DNA of 64,000 nucleotides from Stylophora pistillata (lineage: Eukaryota), in contig NW_019218293.1 of the NCBI RefSeq assembly GCF_002571385.2, positions 84,033 through 148,032 of the forward strand. Direction: 5' to 3'. The notes under the pieces are model-generated. The model saw only the letters and a program-made list of their open reading frames with translations. It made no database searches and was not told the origin of the DNA. Of this stretch, positions 39,001-52,822 are shown one piece after another (within the stretch, counting starts at the first letter, position 1; each line of letters starts with the position of its first letter). A program made the position numbers and the translations under genes.

Positions 39001-42000
39001 GACTGTTGTGCGGGAGGTCGAGCGTTCGAGCCCCGGCCCGACCAACACTCAAGGTCTTAAAATAATTGAGAAGAATATGCTACCTTTCTATAACATCAAG
39101 AGATGGTTAGATATTCTAGTCTTCTCGGATAGGGGTGAATAAATGGAGGTCCCGTCTCCTGCAGGGTTAGGGGTAGGAGACGTTAATTTCCCACGCACGA
39201 GATTTCTGTGTGATGGATCTCCTCCCCTGGGGTGGGATGGGTGGGGTACACAGCTTCAATGTAAATAAGTGACAACTTATTAAATTCTGTGTATAATAAA
39301 GTTTAATAATAATAAATAATAATACATTTTCAACAAGCAAAGATATAACAAGAAAGAAAAATACAAAGTGGGCAAAACTGTTTGATTAACCTCCCACTTA
39401 TCACAGCTAAAAGGCAGACTAAAAAGACAATTTATACCGAGTCCACAGGGGTGGAATGCCTTAACCCTTTACAGCTAACATCAGTGTGCATATTCTCCAT
39501 ACTGTTCTCTATAGATTTCCTAAGGTGTCCACAAGGAGAATTTGTTTAACAGTCAAGAGCTTCTTTGGTAGGTGATCATTTCATTTATTCTCCTAACCTT
39601 CTTGTTTGACTAAGGGATGATAATGTTAGGAGAAACTATATGTTAATCACCCTTCAAGGCTATGCTCAGAGAAAAAGTGAAGGGAGCCCAGTTCTCGGAA
39701 ACTGTGAAATCTAGGGTGCCTAGCATATGCTTTTTAGTCTAGTACCTGAATATTTGAGTGACTATTTCACTAGAAATTGTAATGTAAATAGCTATAATAC
39801 TCGCAGGAGAACAGATTTGCACCTGCCCAAACCGAAACTAAGCCTTGCAAAACAAACTTTAAGGTATTCGAAGGCAGCAAATGGAGCTACGTTATTGGTG
39901 GGAACATGAGTTTCTCAAGGTATTCGGGCTCAGCTCTTTTTAACCTTTTACCTCGTTGTATTCAAAATGCCGAGTCACTTTCTTCCTTCAAAGTTTTATT
40001 TAATACCTACAAATTTTAAAATTTTATAGACACTATATTCTTGTAAACTGTTGCACGTTTGTTTCTACCTTTACTTATAAATATTTTTTGTATTTTTAAA
40101 TTTTATCCTGTATTTTCAGCATTCAAGATGTCTTGTATTCTTAACTATTGTAATTTTTTACCCCAGGGCCCCTCTGGATATCAGCCTCATTGCTGAATGG
40201 GCCATCCCTGGCTAAATAAAGTCTACCTACTTACCTACCAACTAAGATTCTCGAGTCCCCCAAGAGCAAAAGTAAGGCGCCAGGGGCCACCGAGTGCTGC
40301 TAGACTGCAGCCCTCCTCTTAAGGGTTAACAGGTGAAAGAAATCTGATCAATTCAGCATCAAACACTACCTTGTTTTCTAAGGGTCACCAGCTCACTTAG
40401 GGATGTAAATAAAATTTTGCACATAAAGGAAGGTCAAAAGATCTATCATTTAGTTTCCATGAACACCTCCTCTTTTATTTTGTAAGAGAATTCAATGTTA
40501 TAAAGCAGACTCAATTGAGTGTTAAAAAAAAAAAATTTACAGCAGCAACTTAACCCCAACCCTATAACTCCCTTGATCCGATCATTAATTGTCCTTTCTG
40601 GCTACTACACATTTTCTTGTAAATAAGTTACAAAAATTTGGTGTTAGATCAATATATCAACTTCTACCTGATAGGTTTGAGTATTCTCAATACCTGTTTG
40701 CTGGATAGTGTATGGATGTAATAGGGAGAAGTTATATGTTAATCACATCAAGGAGTATAAGGGTTAAACATTTTAAAAATAAAAGCCACGTAACACAAAC
40801 AGTGTTAAAACACAATCAGGCTAAAATATGTTCTCCCTCCATAAATATAGACCTATTATTTACTGTATTTATCCATGTATAAGTCGACCCCCCTTTTCGA
40901 GGTAAAAAATTGGATTTTTCATAATTTCTAGTAAAGAAAAATTCAGATCGATAGAAATTTCCCAAATGGCTGATATCTTATTTCTGAGAATGTAATGAAA
41001 ACACAGTGAGATAAAAAAAAAACTGCAGAGCAAAACGTAACCATATGCTGTGAAGTTTATTAGCACTTGTTTACATCACCACAATTCATGATTTAAGCAT
41101 ATAAGAACACTTTGATTTACTGGAGAAGTTATTTACCATATTTTGTAAATCGCTTTGAAAATGAAATCTTCATGCATTTAAATAACCTTTTGAAAGGAGA
41201 TTTAGTAGACCAAAGGAACACCAAAGAGCTTCGAAGGATCACCTGATGAAAACACCACCATCTTGGAAACTACACAATAACATAATTGGTCCACGTGCGT
41301 AACAGACAAAACTGCGAGAGAAAACAGCATTTGCCAGGGTCACTAAGCTACAGCTGTACTGTAATCATTTGATGAAAATGAGAATTCTAGCACCGAAAAC
41401 AGCAGCAAAGCTGTAAGGAAAAATGTCTGCTCTACAGATCAGAAGATACAATAGAAATCAGCCCCACTAGGTTTCTGTTTAAGCCACATAAAATTTATTA
41501 TTTCAAACTTTTTCGTTGATGAATAACGGGCTGAAAACTGACGAAACTCGAACACAATTAGAACTGGTTTTGTGAACTTGGTTTTCCTAATGGACTTTAG
41601 GCAATTGTTATCATGCTCATTTCTTGGATTGCTTGGGTCAGGTCTTTGTCTATGATCTGTGTATAAGTCAAGGGTGATTTTTTGGGCTGATTTTTCAGTC
41701 ATAAAGGGTCAAATAAATATGGTGTATCCAGCCACTAATTTAACATATTATTCAACTGCTTACATATATACAAGTTAAAGGCAAAATGCAGAAATTATGT
41801 ATCAAAGAAAGCTAAAAGTACACCTGCGTACTTCCAAACAATTTTGATGTCTTGGTTTATGAGGAGAGGAGCCTAAATGGTAAGCTTAATATCAGTCAAC
41901 TATGTTTGCTACAACTTGTAATTAAATCAATTTTTCATTTGACTTTACTCCTAACAAGTGATTTTGTTGCTTATTTGTAGTATTGTGTATCCGGAAGACA

Positions 42001-45000
42001 CAAGTTTGAATCTGATCAAAGCCTGGAGGTTTTCAGGCTTCCTTCCTGCAATTACCAAAATTGCAGTTTACCTGCAAAGATCCAATTTTTTTTTTTTAGC
42101 TAGAGATTTATTACCTTGCATTACAAGCCGTATCAACGCATCCAGGTTCTGACAATGTCTATGTGTACCTCACATAATTTCATATTAGCTTACTTTACCT
42201 CTCGTATCAAATAACCTGTGTGATATTTAAGGATCAATTAATGTTCAAATAATGTTAAAAAGCTTAGTTTAAGGTTAATCTGAGTACATTCTTTGGAATT
42301 GTCTTTCTTCACATGATACTAAAGTATGTGATCATAGTGAGTTGAACTAAATTTAACCCTGATCCAAAGCAGAAATCAATCTAATGTTCACCTCATGATT
42401 TTTGCAAGCTAAGATCTAATCATATTCCAATGCGAGATTCAATGTTCTCATAATTCTCAAACAGTAAAACTGGCAATGGCCTGTTCTCCAACTTTTTGTA
42501 TTTTCATATTTAATTTTTAAGTAGTATTGTTGTCTTATATTTTTCCACTGATCCTTAGTCTGTGGCTGTTTCATTGATTACAACGTAAAAGCGTCAAATT
42601 TCTCTCAACAAGAAATATCACATTGTTATTCAACTATTTTATCTCTCTCTTTTGAGTACTGTTGTGTTCCATTCAAATTGGATATAAATCACAAATCAAA
42701 GCTGTAATATTCTTCAGCAAAATAATTTTCAGCTGAATTCTTCATTATGACCATTAGAACTGCTGTGATCCTCTTACAGAACAGTATCTACATAAGCATG
42801 TGTCAGGTCAAAATACTTGTCATCAACAGGCAATTTTATGTATTCTTGGATTAGCAACTCAAGAATTGTTACAGACATCAAGTTAAATCCTATCATCTTT
42901 ACTTGAGAACAGTACTAGAAATAGTTTACAAAAAAACATGCAAATTATCGTCATTTAGAATGTTCTAGGGGCAGACTATTTGACGCAGTTTCAGTTATTT
43001 AACAAGATAGTATCTCCAACAGACACCACAAACTGGTGGGCAGTGAAGGAAGGATTTATATGCAATAACTCAGTCATTCTTGTACATCTAAGGGTTTGCC
43101 AGGGGGTTACATAAACACCAAGTAGTTCTTTTTCTTTTGGATTATAGCCAGTTGGAAAAGCAACCTTAGATTAAATTTACACTTTTTTTTAACTCACCTT
43201 TTCCAAAGTGGCCTTGAAGCAGAGCCAGCCAGTCTGCTCTTTGGTCTATGGTTTCAAAGCTCAGAGGAATCACCTCCTCTGTGGTTATGATGACGATAAC
43301 ATTGAAGTGTTTGTCAATCTTGTTAAGCACTTGCAATCCACTAAACTCCTTGAGGGATAGCAGGGCTTTATGACGAGCTCCTGCATTGTTCTGATCTGGG
43401 TGACGATCAGGATACAGCACAAGATTCAAAACATCTACAAAGGAAGAGAAGACTTGTTAGAAGACTGTTTAAGCCTTCATCAGTAAGAATGATACAAATG
43501 CAATGACTTTATGACTAAAATGACTTAAAACATGGTTAATTGTGAAGACATATAACATTTGCCAGTTCTCATCCTGTTCATAGGTCAAAATATGTGTCAA
43601 TTCATAGTCAGTACTTGCGGTCAAATTTCTTTCAAGAAACCAGATTTTCTTTCCCTCCCAATCTGTGTCTTCATAACTCACTAGGCTGAAACACCCAAGT
43701 GAGTATGCCTCAGATCCCTGTCAATAAGCCTAAAACTTTTTGCACTTTTTTCCAAGCAATGGCCTAGACAGCAGTAACACTACAAAGAAAAGTTTTTCAT
43801 TTGTAGCCAAAATACCATTTATAACATACAAACCATCTGACAAAAAAAAATGTTGGCCACCAAACACAACCAAAGTCCACATGATTTTGTATTAGAAGGC
43901 CAATAACCACCTGTCTAATAAAAATTCTCTTACATTATGAAGTTCTTAGACATCACAAAGAAAATGAAATGAGCTCAGAGAAAAAAAAAAGGGCTCATCT
44001 TACCAGTAAAACAAAAATAACAAAACAGCTGGGTCAAGATAAGAGTACAAGCATTAAGAAAAGAAAAATTCACAGGAATAAACAATAATCGTGTTACACA
44101 CACGAAGAGAGACTTCTTTCACTTTTTATTAGGTTGGTTATGGTCAGAAATTTGTGCCATAAGTGGTAAATGCAGACCAGCTTTTTTCACTCGGGCCAAC
44201 AACCCTGCCCGCCTTACTTGTAAGGACATAAATTCAGCATGTGTCAATGTTTGAATTTTTTTTAAACCCATAGGTTTAAATCCAGGAGTGATATGGAGTG
44301 ATGATGACAATAAAGTCTCTAAAGAAACAGAAGATTTCAGCTGTCCCTTGTTGGACAGACCTTCCATATTTAAGAAACCTTTCATTTCTGAACTGATGTT
44401 TTAATGGTTAGGTCACAGTAAAAAACGGCACGGCGTTCTCTTATGTACACATAATCAACGATCAATTTGGACTTCTATCAACAACATCAATTATAGTTTC
44501 TCAAGAGACAGTGATGAGAGAGAAATAAAGAATATTGAAGAAGGTAATATGTTAATGTGGTGTCATTACCTTATGCAAAAAAAATTGAATAATAAAATTT
44601 ATGTATGTACGTAACAAAGCATAATCAAGTCATGTATATCCCTCGTTGAGAAACAGAATTCATGAAAAAATTTAACAAAAAAAACCTCTGCGGTTTCAGC
44701 TGTATTTTCTGTTTCAATATTTTAAATTGCGAAGTGGGCTTAAGTAAACACAAGCGAAAAGCGAAAAATTGAGAACGAAGCATGGCTATTTTAGATAGAA
44801 ATTCTTATCACCAGAAGAAATTTCTTCCTGAAAAATTAACTGCAATTTACGTAGACTAGAGACTGACGGACAAGTACATTTTAAACAGCGGAAGCATATT
44901 GCTACGACAGGTAATTACTGACGCGAATAGATGGCCTGCAAATTTCGCTTTATCACGCAACAAAGCAAATCTAACAGCAATATTAAAAGAACAACATAGG

Positions 45001-46187
45001 ATATGGAGAGTGCTTTTGTAAAACCAAGCTCGTCTAAATATTGCGATTGTCTTTCAGCAAACTGCTGAGCACTCTATTGAATTAATTCTAAAACTAGTGA
45101 CAAGTGACATAATAGCTTTAGCGATCTACAGTGAATGAATTACGAAATAAAGGTAGGGAAAAATGGGGGCCGAACACAATTTTCAACGACATTTACTAGA
45201 TAATACTGAGCGATTTCGACGCGACTCACTGTTGGGCGGTTAATTGATACGAGGTACGCAAATCAAATGTTTGGAAGCGGAAAAAGAAATCAGGCGCCTG
45301 CAACTGCGTTCAAAGCTCAAAGATTAGTTATAAAAAGGGCGAGATATGGCAAAAAAATTCACCAAAAAAAAAAAGTGCTAACGGCATGCGGCAGTGGATG
45401 GCAAGATTCAATGTTCCCTCAAGCGCGAGTGAAACCATCAATGCAATGTATACAACCCACACGCGATCAATTTAACGACATTCCAAAATAAAAAATAATA
45501 CGAGAGTTTCACTAGAATTAGTATGTGTGCAGTTACCTTTCCCATTAAAAGTCTAGTTGGCCCACTTAGAGCGATAATTCCACGGAACCTCTTTTTGTAG
45601 CCCGCGGACATTGAGGAGAGATTCGCAAATAGACGCTGAAGAAGGTCACATAACAATTCGAAGTAGAAATTAGTATTAGATTTTTATAGAGCAAGGGAAA
45701 TCCTTGACCATAGTCGCTGTTCCATTATCAGCGCCTCAACCTCAGACAATCGAAAGTGCTCTTAAATTGTTTAATCGACGATAACTCACCGCTGCGTTTA
45801 AGAAGAATTTTTGAACGAACCGCACCGCAGAGACATAAAATGTTTCCGATGCTCGAATTACTTATCAACGCTCTAGACGAAACCCATCAAACAACAGCCG
45901 TTTTACCATACAAAGAAATCAGGCCCGTGATGCCACCAGCTGCACTGTAGAACCCAATTGTGGCAATGTGTGTTTGCGAAGGAAATCACTGTACAAATTA
46001 TTTTAGTTACAAACGTGCACAACTTACCAGTCGCAGGATTTACCCGTCTCAAAACTGCCCATCGAAGCTTCCACTACAACGAACAGAACAACTTGAATGA
46101 GTACTGAAATATGCAAAGCATAATCCAAGATTTACAGCTTACCTTTTTGCCTTTCCGATACCGAACTCTACCCTCAATCAAGTCCAT
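36012..46187 (-). CDS. DOK7: DOK7-like PH + IRS-type PTB docking protein (~756 aa) with a multi-tyrosine C-terminal tail
   Basis: Exons 46187-46143, 46073-46028, 43434-43198, 38679-38365 and 37639-36012 splice in frame. The N-terminus MDLIEGRVRYRKGKK|WKLRWAVLRRVNPATD aligns with DOK7 LVEGQVKLRDGKK|WKSRWLVLRKPSPVAD. The PTB segment GHWKFTALPKYGAVEAGFAF...GKEIHALFDSVCR aligns with GQWKLSDLRRYGAVPSGFIF...GEQISFLFDCIVR. Orthology has not been tested. Confidence 0.82.
37757..38215 (-). mobile_element. Penelope-like terminal-repeat fragment carrying a hammerhead motif (38179-38212), split by a nested repeat (37810-38122)
   Basis: The flanks match the uninterrupted copy at 60640-60785. The insert matches 32918-33232. 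Confidence 0.65.
38975..39325 (+). mobile_element. tRNA-derived SINE (same family as 16448)
   Basis: cggttagcgcagtggttagcgctggactgttgtgcgggaggtcgagcgttcgagccccggcccgaccaacactcaaggtcttaaaataa...; (AAT)n tail. Confidence 0.8.
39727..40240 (+). mobile_element. Degenerate 3' end of an L2/CR1-type LINE
   Basis: The peptide VPEYLSDYFTRNCNVNSYNTRRRTDLHLPKPK resembles the LINE ORF2 C-terminus. It ends in AAATAAAG plus a (CTAC)n tail. Confidence 0.6.
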
Positions 46188-47974
46188 TTTGAGGGATTTA
46201 GTGGCTGAAGGGACAGAGAACCATACTGAGTTAGTTGACGATCCGTACGGTCTGCGCACGCAGGGATCGTGCAACATTCCTTTGCGTATTGTTCGAGATC
46301 GTATTCTGGCGGACTCTTCTGAATGTTACGATATTTTTAGAACTCCAATCTAAAATTTCCAATCTACAACCCAACGCAGACAGTCATTGTTTTTCCTTTT
46401 CCGTCGCTAAAAGCTCTTTTTCACTGACGTTAAGTGGCTCTGTCATTCTTTTGTATAGCAACGAATGTAATTTGTATGTGTCACTACACTTCCAATTTAT
46501 GATACTGATAAACACACCACATCTTGAACATCCGGTGAGTTTATTTATAACACACATCCGGTTCGAGCCGCATTAAGCAATAAATGTCCTGATTCTTTAC
46601 TAATAGCTTGATTATCATTTTAAAAATTTTCCATTCACGTTTAAATGCGATCTGTTACTGATGATATTTTGAGTTTCATTTTTGCTCGAAACTAAGGTTC
46701 GAGGTTTCCTCTTACGAATTTTGTAAAATGCGGTTCATGTAGTATGGGATATCGATAAACTCAAGTTTGTCAAAAAAAAAAAAAAAAGATGGGAAAGAAG
46801 CTGAAGTTTCCTTCGCTGTTATCGACCCTTAAGAATTCGCATATTTCTCGCGTGACCGAAAAAGTTGCGTTACTTTCTAGAGTAACGTCGAAAATTTACG
46901 GATTCTTCCTCGATCGCTGACATTTCGAAATTTACCGTTTCATTTTGAGACTTGACGATGATTCAAAGCAAGAGTTTCGAAACTGCTTTAATAGCGTCTC
47001 TGCCAACAAAGGAACTATTTACCAGCATTTGAAGTGAAACAGTTATGAGCCATCTGACTTCACCTCGAAAGAATGTCAACCGAGTGGAAATTATTAAAAC
47101 AAAAAAACCAAAAAGAAAAGGGGTTCTGTCCTCGTGTACCGGTTCATAAGAGCCAATACAAAATACCAAACAATACACAATAGCTAACCAATAACTCCTA
47201 AACAAAGAAAGAACAATGGTGATTCCCTTGTGAACCGGTACACCAGGACAGAACCAGAAAAGGGAAAGAGAGAGGGAGCAGCAACCGGATCAAATAATTT
47301 TAAACAGGATTAATGATTTCCCGCGACAGAACACTGAAAACCTTCCAAAGCGCTTCAATCACTTCCTCTGCAATTTGTTCGAGCTCGCGTAGGCGTGATT
47401 CACACCTCATTGCATTTACGTTACTCACTCTTAAAGGAAAGCTTCTTCCACTTGAAAGTACACTTATGGTTATTGTTCATTATTACTAAAAGTAGCTACA
47501 ATATCAATATTTAGTGGGTGTTGTAACACCCACTCATCTCTTCCTCCCCCACATCTCCCCTTCCTCCATGCCAGTGGCCCATATTTCTCGGAGTAATACT
47601 TAGTTCTTATTAACCGATCGAGCGGGAGGTCTGTATGAGAGAATCTTGACCGAGGTCGCCAGTACAGACCGAACGCAGTGAGGTCTGTACCAGCGACCGA
47701 GGTCAAGATTCTCTCATACAGACCGAGACCAAGCTCGTTTAATAAGATGTTTATTATATGGCTGTGTCTTCTTTGCCAATTTTTTTATATTCTTTGTACC
47801 TTTTTTTTCTAGACCGGTCCAAATGCCGGTCTAGATGGGAAAATCTAGACCGCTTTCAATGTTGATTTCAGCCAATCAAATTCGTGAATTCGGTAGTTCC
47901 CAGTCCTTGTGAGACACAGCCATATAATAATTCATGATAATAAGAATAACAATAAAAATAATTAATAAGAACAA

Positions 47975-47982
47975 GAATAATG

Positions 47983-48015
<33 letters not shown>
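47975..48015. repeat. (AAT)n microsatellite, probably the tail of a minus-strand retroelement remnant
   Basis: Direct (AAT)n run adjacent to ctttatttaa (AAATAAAG on the minus strand). Confidence 0.7.
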
Positions 48016-48332
48016 TACTTTATTTAAAGGGGATGGTACTGAATAGTTAAAATAACTGATCAACTTGTGGCCCTAGATCTAAAATTATAACAGAATTAAG
48101 ATACTTTGTGTAAGTGTACAGAGTGTATGTAAAAAAAAAAAGAGCTATGGACATTGAATATCAAACTATAAAATGTCTTTCTAATGTCTGAATATTACAA
48201 TATAAAAACATCTGAAAGTATAACAAAAATAGGATACTAGCTAGGTATACAAGATGTACATAAAAAATATGAGCTAATGATAAATTTAATATTAAACTAT
48301 AAAATGATGTAGTGTCTGCTGCACATTATTGA

Positions 48333-49290
48333 GTGCACCTCACGCACCTCACATATGCGGGAAGCAATCTTGAGAACGTTCAGTTTTGTCTAAATGAAGA
48401 CCTAGAAAACGTCTTCAACTGGCTACAAGCGAACAAACTCACGTTGAACATGACTAAAACCGAATTCATGCTAATAGGGTCGAGGCAGAGACTGAATACT
48501 CTCACAGCTTCACCAACAATTAGAATGAACAATACTCAAGTGAGCCAGGTTTCAGCTACAAAATCGCTTGGTGTAATAATAGACGATAAACTCGATTGGC
48601 ATAGTCACATCGAAAAACTAACGAAAAAGATCGCCTCTGGTATCGGGGCCCTAAAGCGAATTAGGCACCTGATCCCAGCATCAACCTTACATCTCATCTA
48701 CCAAGCTTTAGTAAAACCTCACTTTGATTACTGTGACATTGTTTGGGGTAGCTGTGGGAAAACGCTACGAGACAAACTGCAGAAATTGCAGAATAGAGCA
48801 GCCCGTGTGTTGACATTCTCTAACTATGATGCTGATGCAACTGAGCTACTCGAGTTTTTAGGGTGGAAAAATCTTGCACGCCAGCAGGAAATCCATAAAG
48901 CCACCATGATGTTTAGATGTCTGCACGGGCTAGCTCCAAGGTATCTATATTCAAAGTTTACGTGGCGTGACTCTGCTTATGACCTCAGGGACTCTGAAAA
49001 TAAGCTTAATGTTCCACTACCGCGCACTAATTATTACAGAAAAAGCTTTAGCTACAATGGCGCCACATTATGGAACAGTTTACCAAGCGATATAAGGAAC
49101 ACAGAGTCTCTGGGGTTATTTAAACGTAAGATCAATGACATTTTTTAAGTCTAACGCACGGCATTCACGGAAAACAGCTTTAGTGTTATAGTATGTAGTT
49201 TTAATTTTAAATATCTTAGCGTATGTGATATGTATTTTTATAGGCTGATGAATTGATCGTGTCTAAATAAAGATTACAATACAATACAAT
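48333..49290 (+). mobile_element. 5'-truncated L2/CR1-clade non-LTR retrotransposon (C-terminal RT/ORF2 plus 3' UTR)
   Basis: ORF with NEDLENVFNWLQANKLTLNMTKTEFMLIG, KSLGVIIDDKLDW, PHFDYCDIVWG, LQKLQNRAAR and SFSYNGATLWNSLP. The 3' end is AAATAAAG(ATTAC)(AATAC)n. The YADD motif is absent because of truncation. Confidence 0.92.
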
Positions 49291-51682
49291 TGAGTAGGCC
49301 AGGTAAAGCTCAGATGAGCTACACCACACGGCATTGGTTAATTCTGATAGGGACCTGGAACTGATTTTGAAGGCAGTGTGGCTAGCCAAAAAATTCAGAA
49401 GGCTTGATTTTAACTCTAATTATCATTAATTATCATTATTGTTTTTATCACTATCAAACTTGACCAACACTAGCACAGGAAAATCTGTGAGGAGCAATTA
49501 CACGTCCTTGAGCTGGGCATAATATCCCATAATATCCCATAGATTATGTCTACCACTGACTATAAAAAGATAGAAAAAGAAACCTGTGAAACTGAGAATT
49601 ACAGTTCCAGCTGAAGTAGCTTACATCTGCCTTAAACACAGCCAATATCTCCTAAACATTTTCATGTTGACTTTGCATGGTGCATTTTTTAGGGGGAAGG
49701 CCTACAAGGTCCAAACCTCCCACACCATCAGATGTGACACCAAGATTCTCTAGGTGTTTAAAATTTTCTTTCCTTGAAATATTTCTCAGCTTAATTAGCT
49801 GAAGGCAATAGTGTGATAACAATAATTCCACATTTTTTTTATCAAAGTTTGGACCCCCACCCCCCATCAAAACCTCCTAGATCCACTCGCATGCTCAAAA
49901 CATGGTCTTAATGTCCTGCATCTCCATTTCTATAGGAAAGATCACATCAGAAGATCCTAATATTGAGGCCAGTTTTTTTAGTTACTTTTTTGGAACTCTT
50001 TCAAAGTTGCACAAATGGGTGAATCTTAGACAGTTTCTTTTTGGGATAACCTCTCACTTGATCCAAAGGTAGCGATGAAGAAATTTGCTGAGTGGCAATT
50101 TCAAGTTGTTTGCAAAAACTAATATTTTAGTATACTGTATTTCCTTGATTTGGCTGGCAGAAGGTGCAGTAGCTGTTTTGATCGAAGTTCATTTGAAGTA
50201 ATACCTATCGAGAATCATTTGTCAGGTAGTATACCAGTCAGAGATAGAGGGGTGAATGCTTTCTTTCTTATAATAAAATACAATGACCCTTGATTTTCAC
50301 TCTCTTCCTTGTACTGGTGCTAGAGCTTATACCAGGCTTGTGTTGGATTGTGTAAATTCAAGTATGGCTTCTTTTACTGAAAGGAAAGAACCCCTTAGAT
50401 GCCTGCAGCTTCCCCACGATGAAATACTTTCGTGTACTAAGTGAACAAACAAACCCCAAAGTTCAGGTGGTTGACCTGACAGTTTGTGAGGTAGTCCAGG
50501 CACAGCACAGTTTCACCACCCTCCCCTCCCTTTGGTCCCTGTGCAGTATAAGGGACAATAACCATCAGAGAGATGAAAATGCTGTACACACTTGTAAATA
50601 CAACCATGATGATAAATTATCATTAGGCTTTAATAACCTGTTACTTTTCCTTTCAAAATGAAAGTACCTAAAACAAAACCAACAAAAATGAGTGGTTTAA
50701 CAAAAATATCAGAGGTTGGGCTTACACTCAATTCTTCTGGAAGAGTGTGTATTTCATAAGTTCATGCTCTATGAGCAGATTTTTAGAGGAGTAAACACTT
50801 CTCCATCTCAAACCAAACCTTTCAGGAGCTGTCTGCTCCACAAAAGCTAAATATGCAGGCTTTGATAAAAAGAAATTTTTGTTTTTCACACTAGCATGGT
50901 ACTGTTTGTTCATATACTGGTGTCCTTCAATGCTCTGATTTGCACACTAAATTTTGCCTTATGTAAATTTCGCATACTCTTAATTTCAACACCCAACATA
51001 TTTGAAATACAGCAATGTTTATGGTCATGTAATTATTACCTAAAATAAATTTTGGACAAGAGTGCATATGATATAATTTTTTTTGGTTTTGAAACAATAG
51101 TTATTGTAAGAAATATACAACTGTTTTAATAGACATGTTTCAGCATGCATATGTCATCTGAAGATGCCAAAACATGACTTTCAAAAAAGTTGTATATTTC
51201 TTACAATATCTATCATACTTGCTATTAGTGCGACCTTATGAAACAATAGTAATGAAAATTTAAAAAAATCCTTGAAAAACTTTAGAAATGTTCTGTTCCC
51301 CAATTTACCTCTAATTCAGTTTTCAGGAAACCTTGTCACACATTTACACCACCAATTTTACTTTCCTCGTTGTATTTTGAAATATTTATCTATTCGACCA
51401 TATATGGAACTACGACCTGCTACTCGATCGCGCTACATTTGCATCGGAAACTGTCAAATTGGCGTTAGGATAAACTCTTATAATTATGCAATAATTTCAG
51501 TTTTGAGTTATAATTATTCACAATGTCAACAAATACTAACGTACATACATAGTTGAATATCACAATTTCTGTTCTATTCTTGTGTTATAAAACTACAGAG
51601 AGGCTTTCTCAAAACAAATAAAAGCTAATAGTGAGAAAATCTAACATATAACATATGCAGACAGGTTTAGATGTCACTGATT

Positions 51683-52027
51683 TTAGTCGAGAACACAACA
51701 GCACAGACATGCAGCACAAAGCCCTAACAGAAAACAGTCAGCCGCATCACTGTTGTCTTGTCTTCGTCTCCCACTTTGATCATAAACGTAAACAGTTTTA
51801 GGCTGGTTTGTGTAGACGTACTGCGGTTGACCATACGGCTGCTGAAAGCCCTGCTGCGGAGGATAGCCTTGCTGTGTAGGAGGCCCGCCGTACTGCTGTT
51901 GAGGATATGGTGATGAATATGGCGGCGGAGGATACGGAGTTCCTTGTTGATATTGCTCGAAACCAACTCCAGCGTTCGGCTGAGGATTTGTTGGATTGTA
52001 TGGCGGTGGTTGAGGTGGGTAACTCAT
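51683..52027 (-). CDS. CYSTM (cysteine-rich transmembrane module) family protein, CYSTM1-like
   Basis: A P/Q/Y/G-rich N-terminus, then PKTVYVYD and the C-terminal CFLLGLCAACLCCCVLD. Single coding exon with a likely 5'-UTR intron (donor near 52427). Confidence 0.9.
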   Translation of the reverse strand: MSYPPQPPPYNPTNPQPNAGVGFEQYQQGTPYPPPPYSSPYPQQQYGGPPTQQGYPPQQGFQQPYGQPQYVYTNQPKTVYVYDQSGRRRQDNSDAADCFLLGLCAACLCCCVLD

Positions 52028-52822
52028 TGCAAAAGCTGATATAAGAAATAATTAAATGCTTCGTGGAGGAATATTTCTTTCTTTTACGATCCTTGCGAAT
52101 GGATTCAACGCATCAGTCGATCGTGATGTATTCGTTTACAGCTGATAGCGCTTTTTATTTCCTTGTGAAGCGCTCTGATTGGAAACTTCTTCGCCCTGAG
52201 TTTTCCTACGGACGAAACAAACTCCGAAATAAGCGAATAAGCGATATCGCTCCAGAACACGTCGAATAATATAATAATTATGTACAAACGAAGAAACTTA
52301 AGGAAAGCACTAGTAACATAATTAGGCACTGAATGGTCACTGTCCATTGCCTTTCAATGCACTCTATTTGAGGGACGCCAGGTGAGTTAAATTGATTTTA
52401 ATCTTAATTCAGCAAACTGCAACTTACCTTTTTTCAAGGTTTACCTTGACTGAGTCAGACAATATTCCCAAAGTGTTTAGTCACGTTCGAAGACAACTTT
52501 TCGTCATCGGCATATGCAGTGAAAGGTCATAAATATGCATACGTAATGTTCTAAAGTTAGTATAGTGCGTGACGGCATGACTTACCAAGAGTGTGAGTGG
52601 ATACTTTGTCAAAATAGTCTCCTGGGGTAGAATTGCATGAACTTTACGAAACGTTTAAGTTATTCGCAAATTTATGAAATGATAAATTCATTTGACTTAA
52701 AATGAATTAAAAAAAAAAAAAGAAAAACAAAAGATATAAAGTTCTACCCGATTGGACGTGGATGTAATAAAGGTGTTCGTGAAAGTATTGGTGCACATTT
52801 TTGGCAACATAAAATTGCGCTA

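Larger units (their letters stand above)
13770..40767. repeat. Dispersed ~200-bp repeat family (TAACCC...GGGTTAA termini, cat(a)ttctccatactgtt core); span covers several separate copies
   Basis: Related copies at about 13770-13925, 18100-18450, 21222-21420, 24080-24287, 28138-28350, 33245-33400, 34938-35130, 39460-39660 and 40555-40767. Confidence 0.6.

Noticed and set aside
44119-45950. Short ORFs with donor-like sites in DOK7-like intron 2 as alternative first exons
   Set aside because: The phases do not match exon 3, or the frames contain stops; no homology recognised.
51128-51178. Hammerhead-like fragments (CTGAAGATGCC on plus; GAAACATGTC on minus)
   Set aside because: No complete core plus stems on either strand; at most a decayed remnant.
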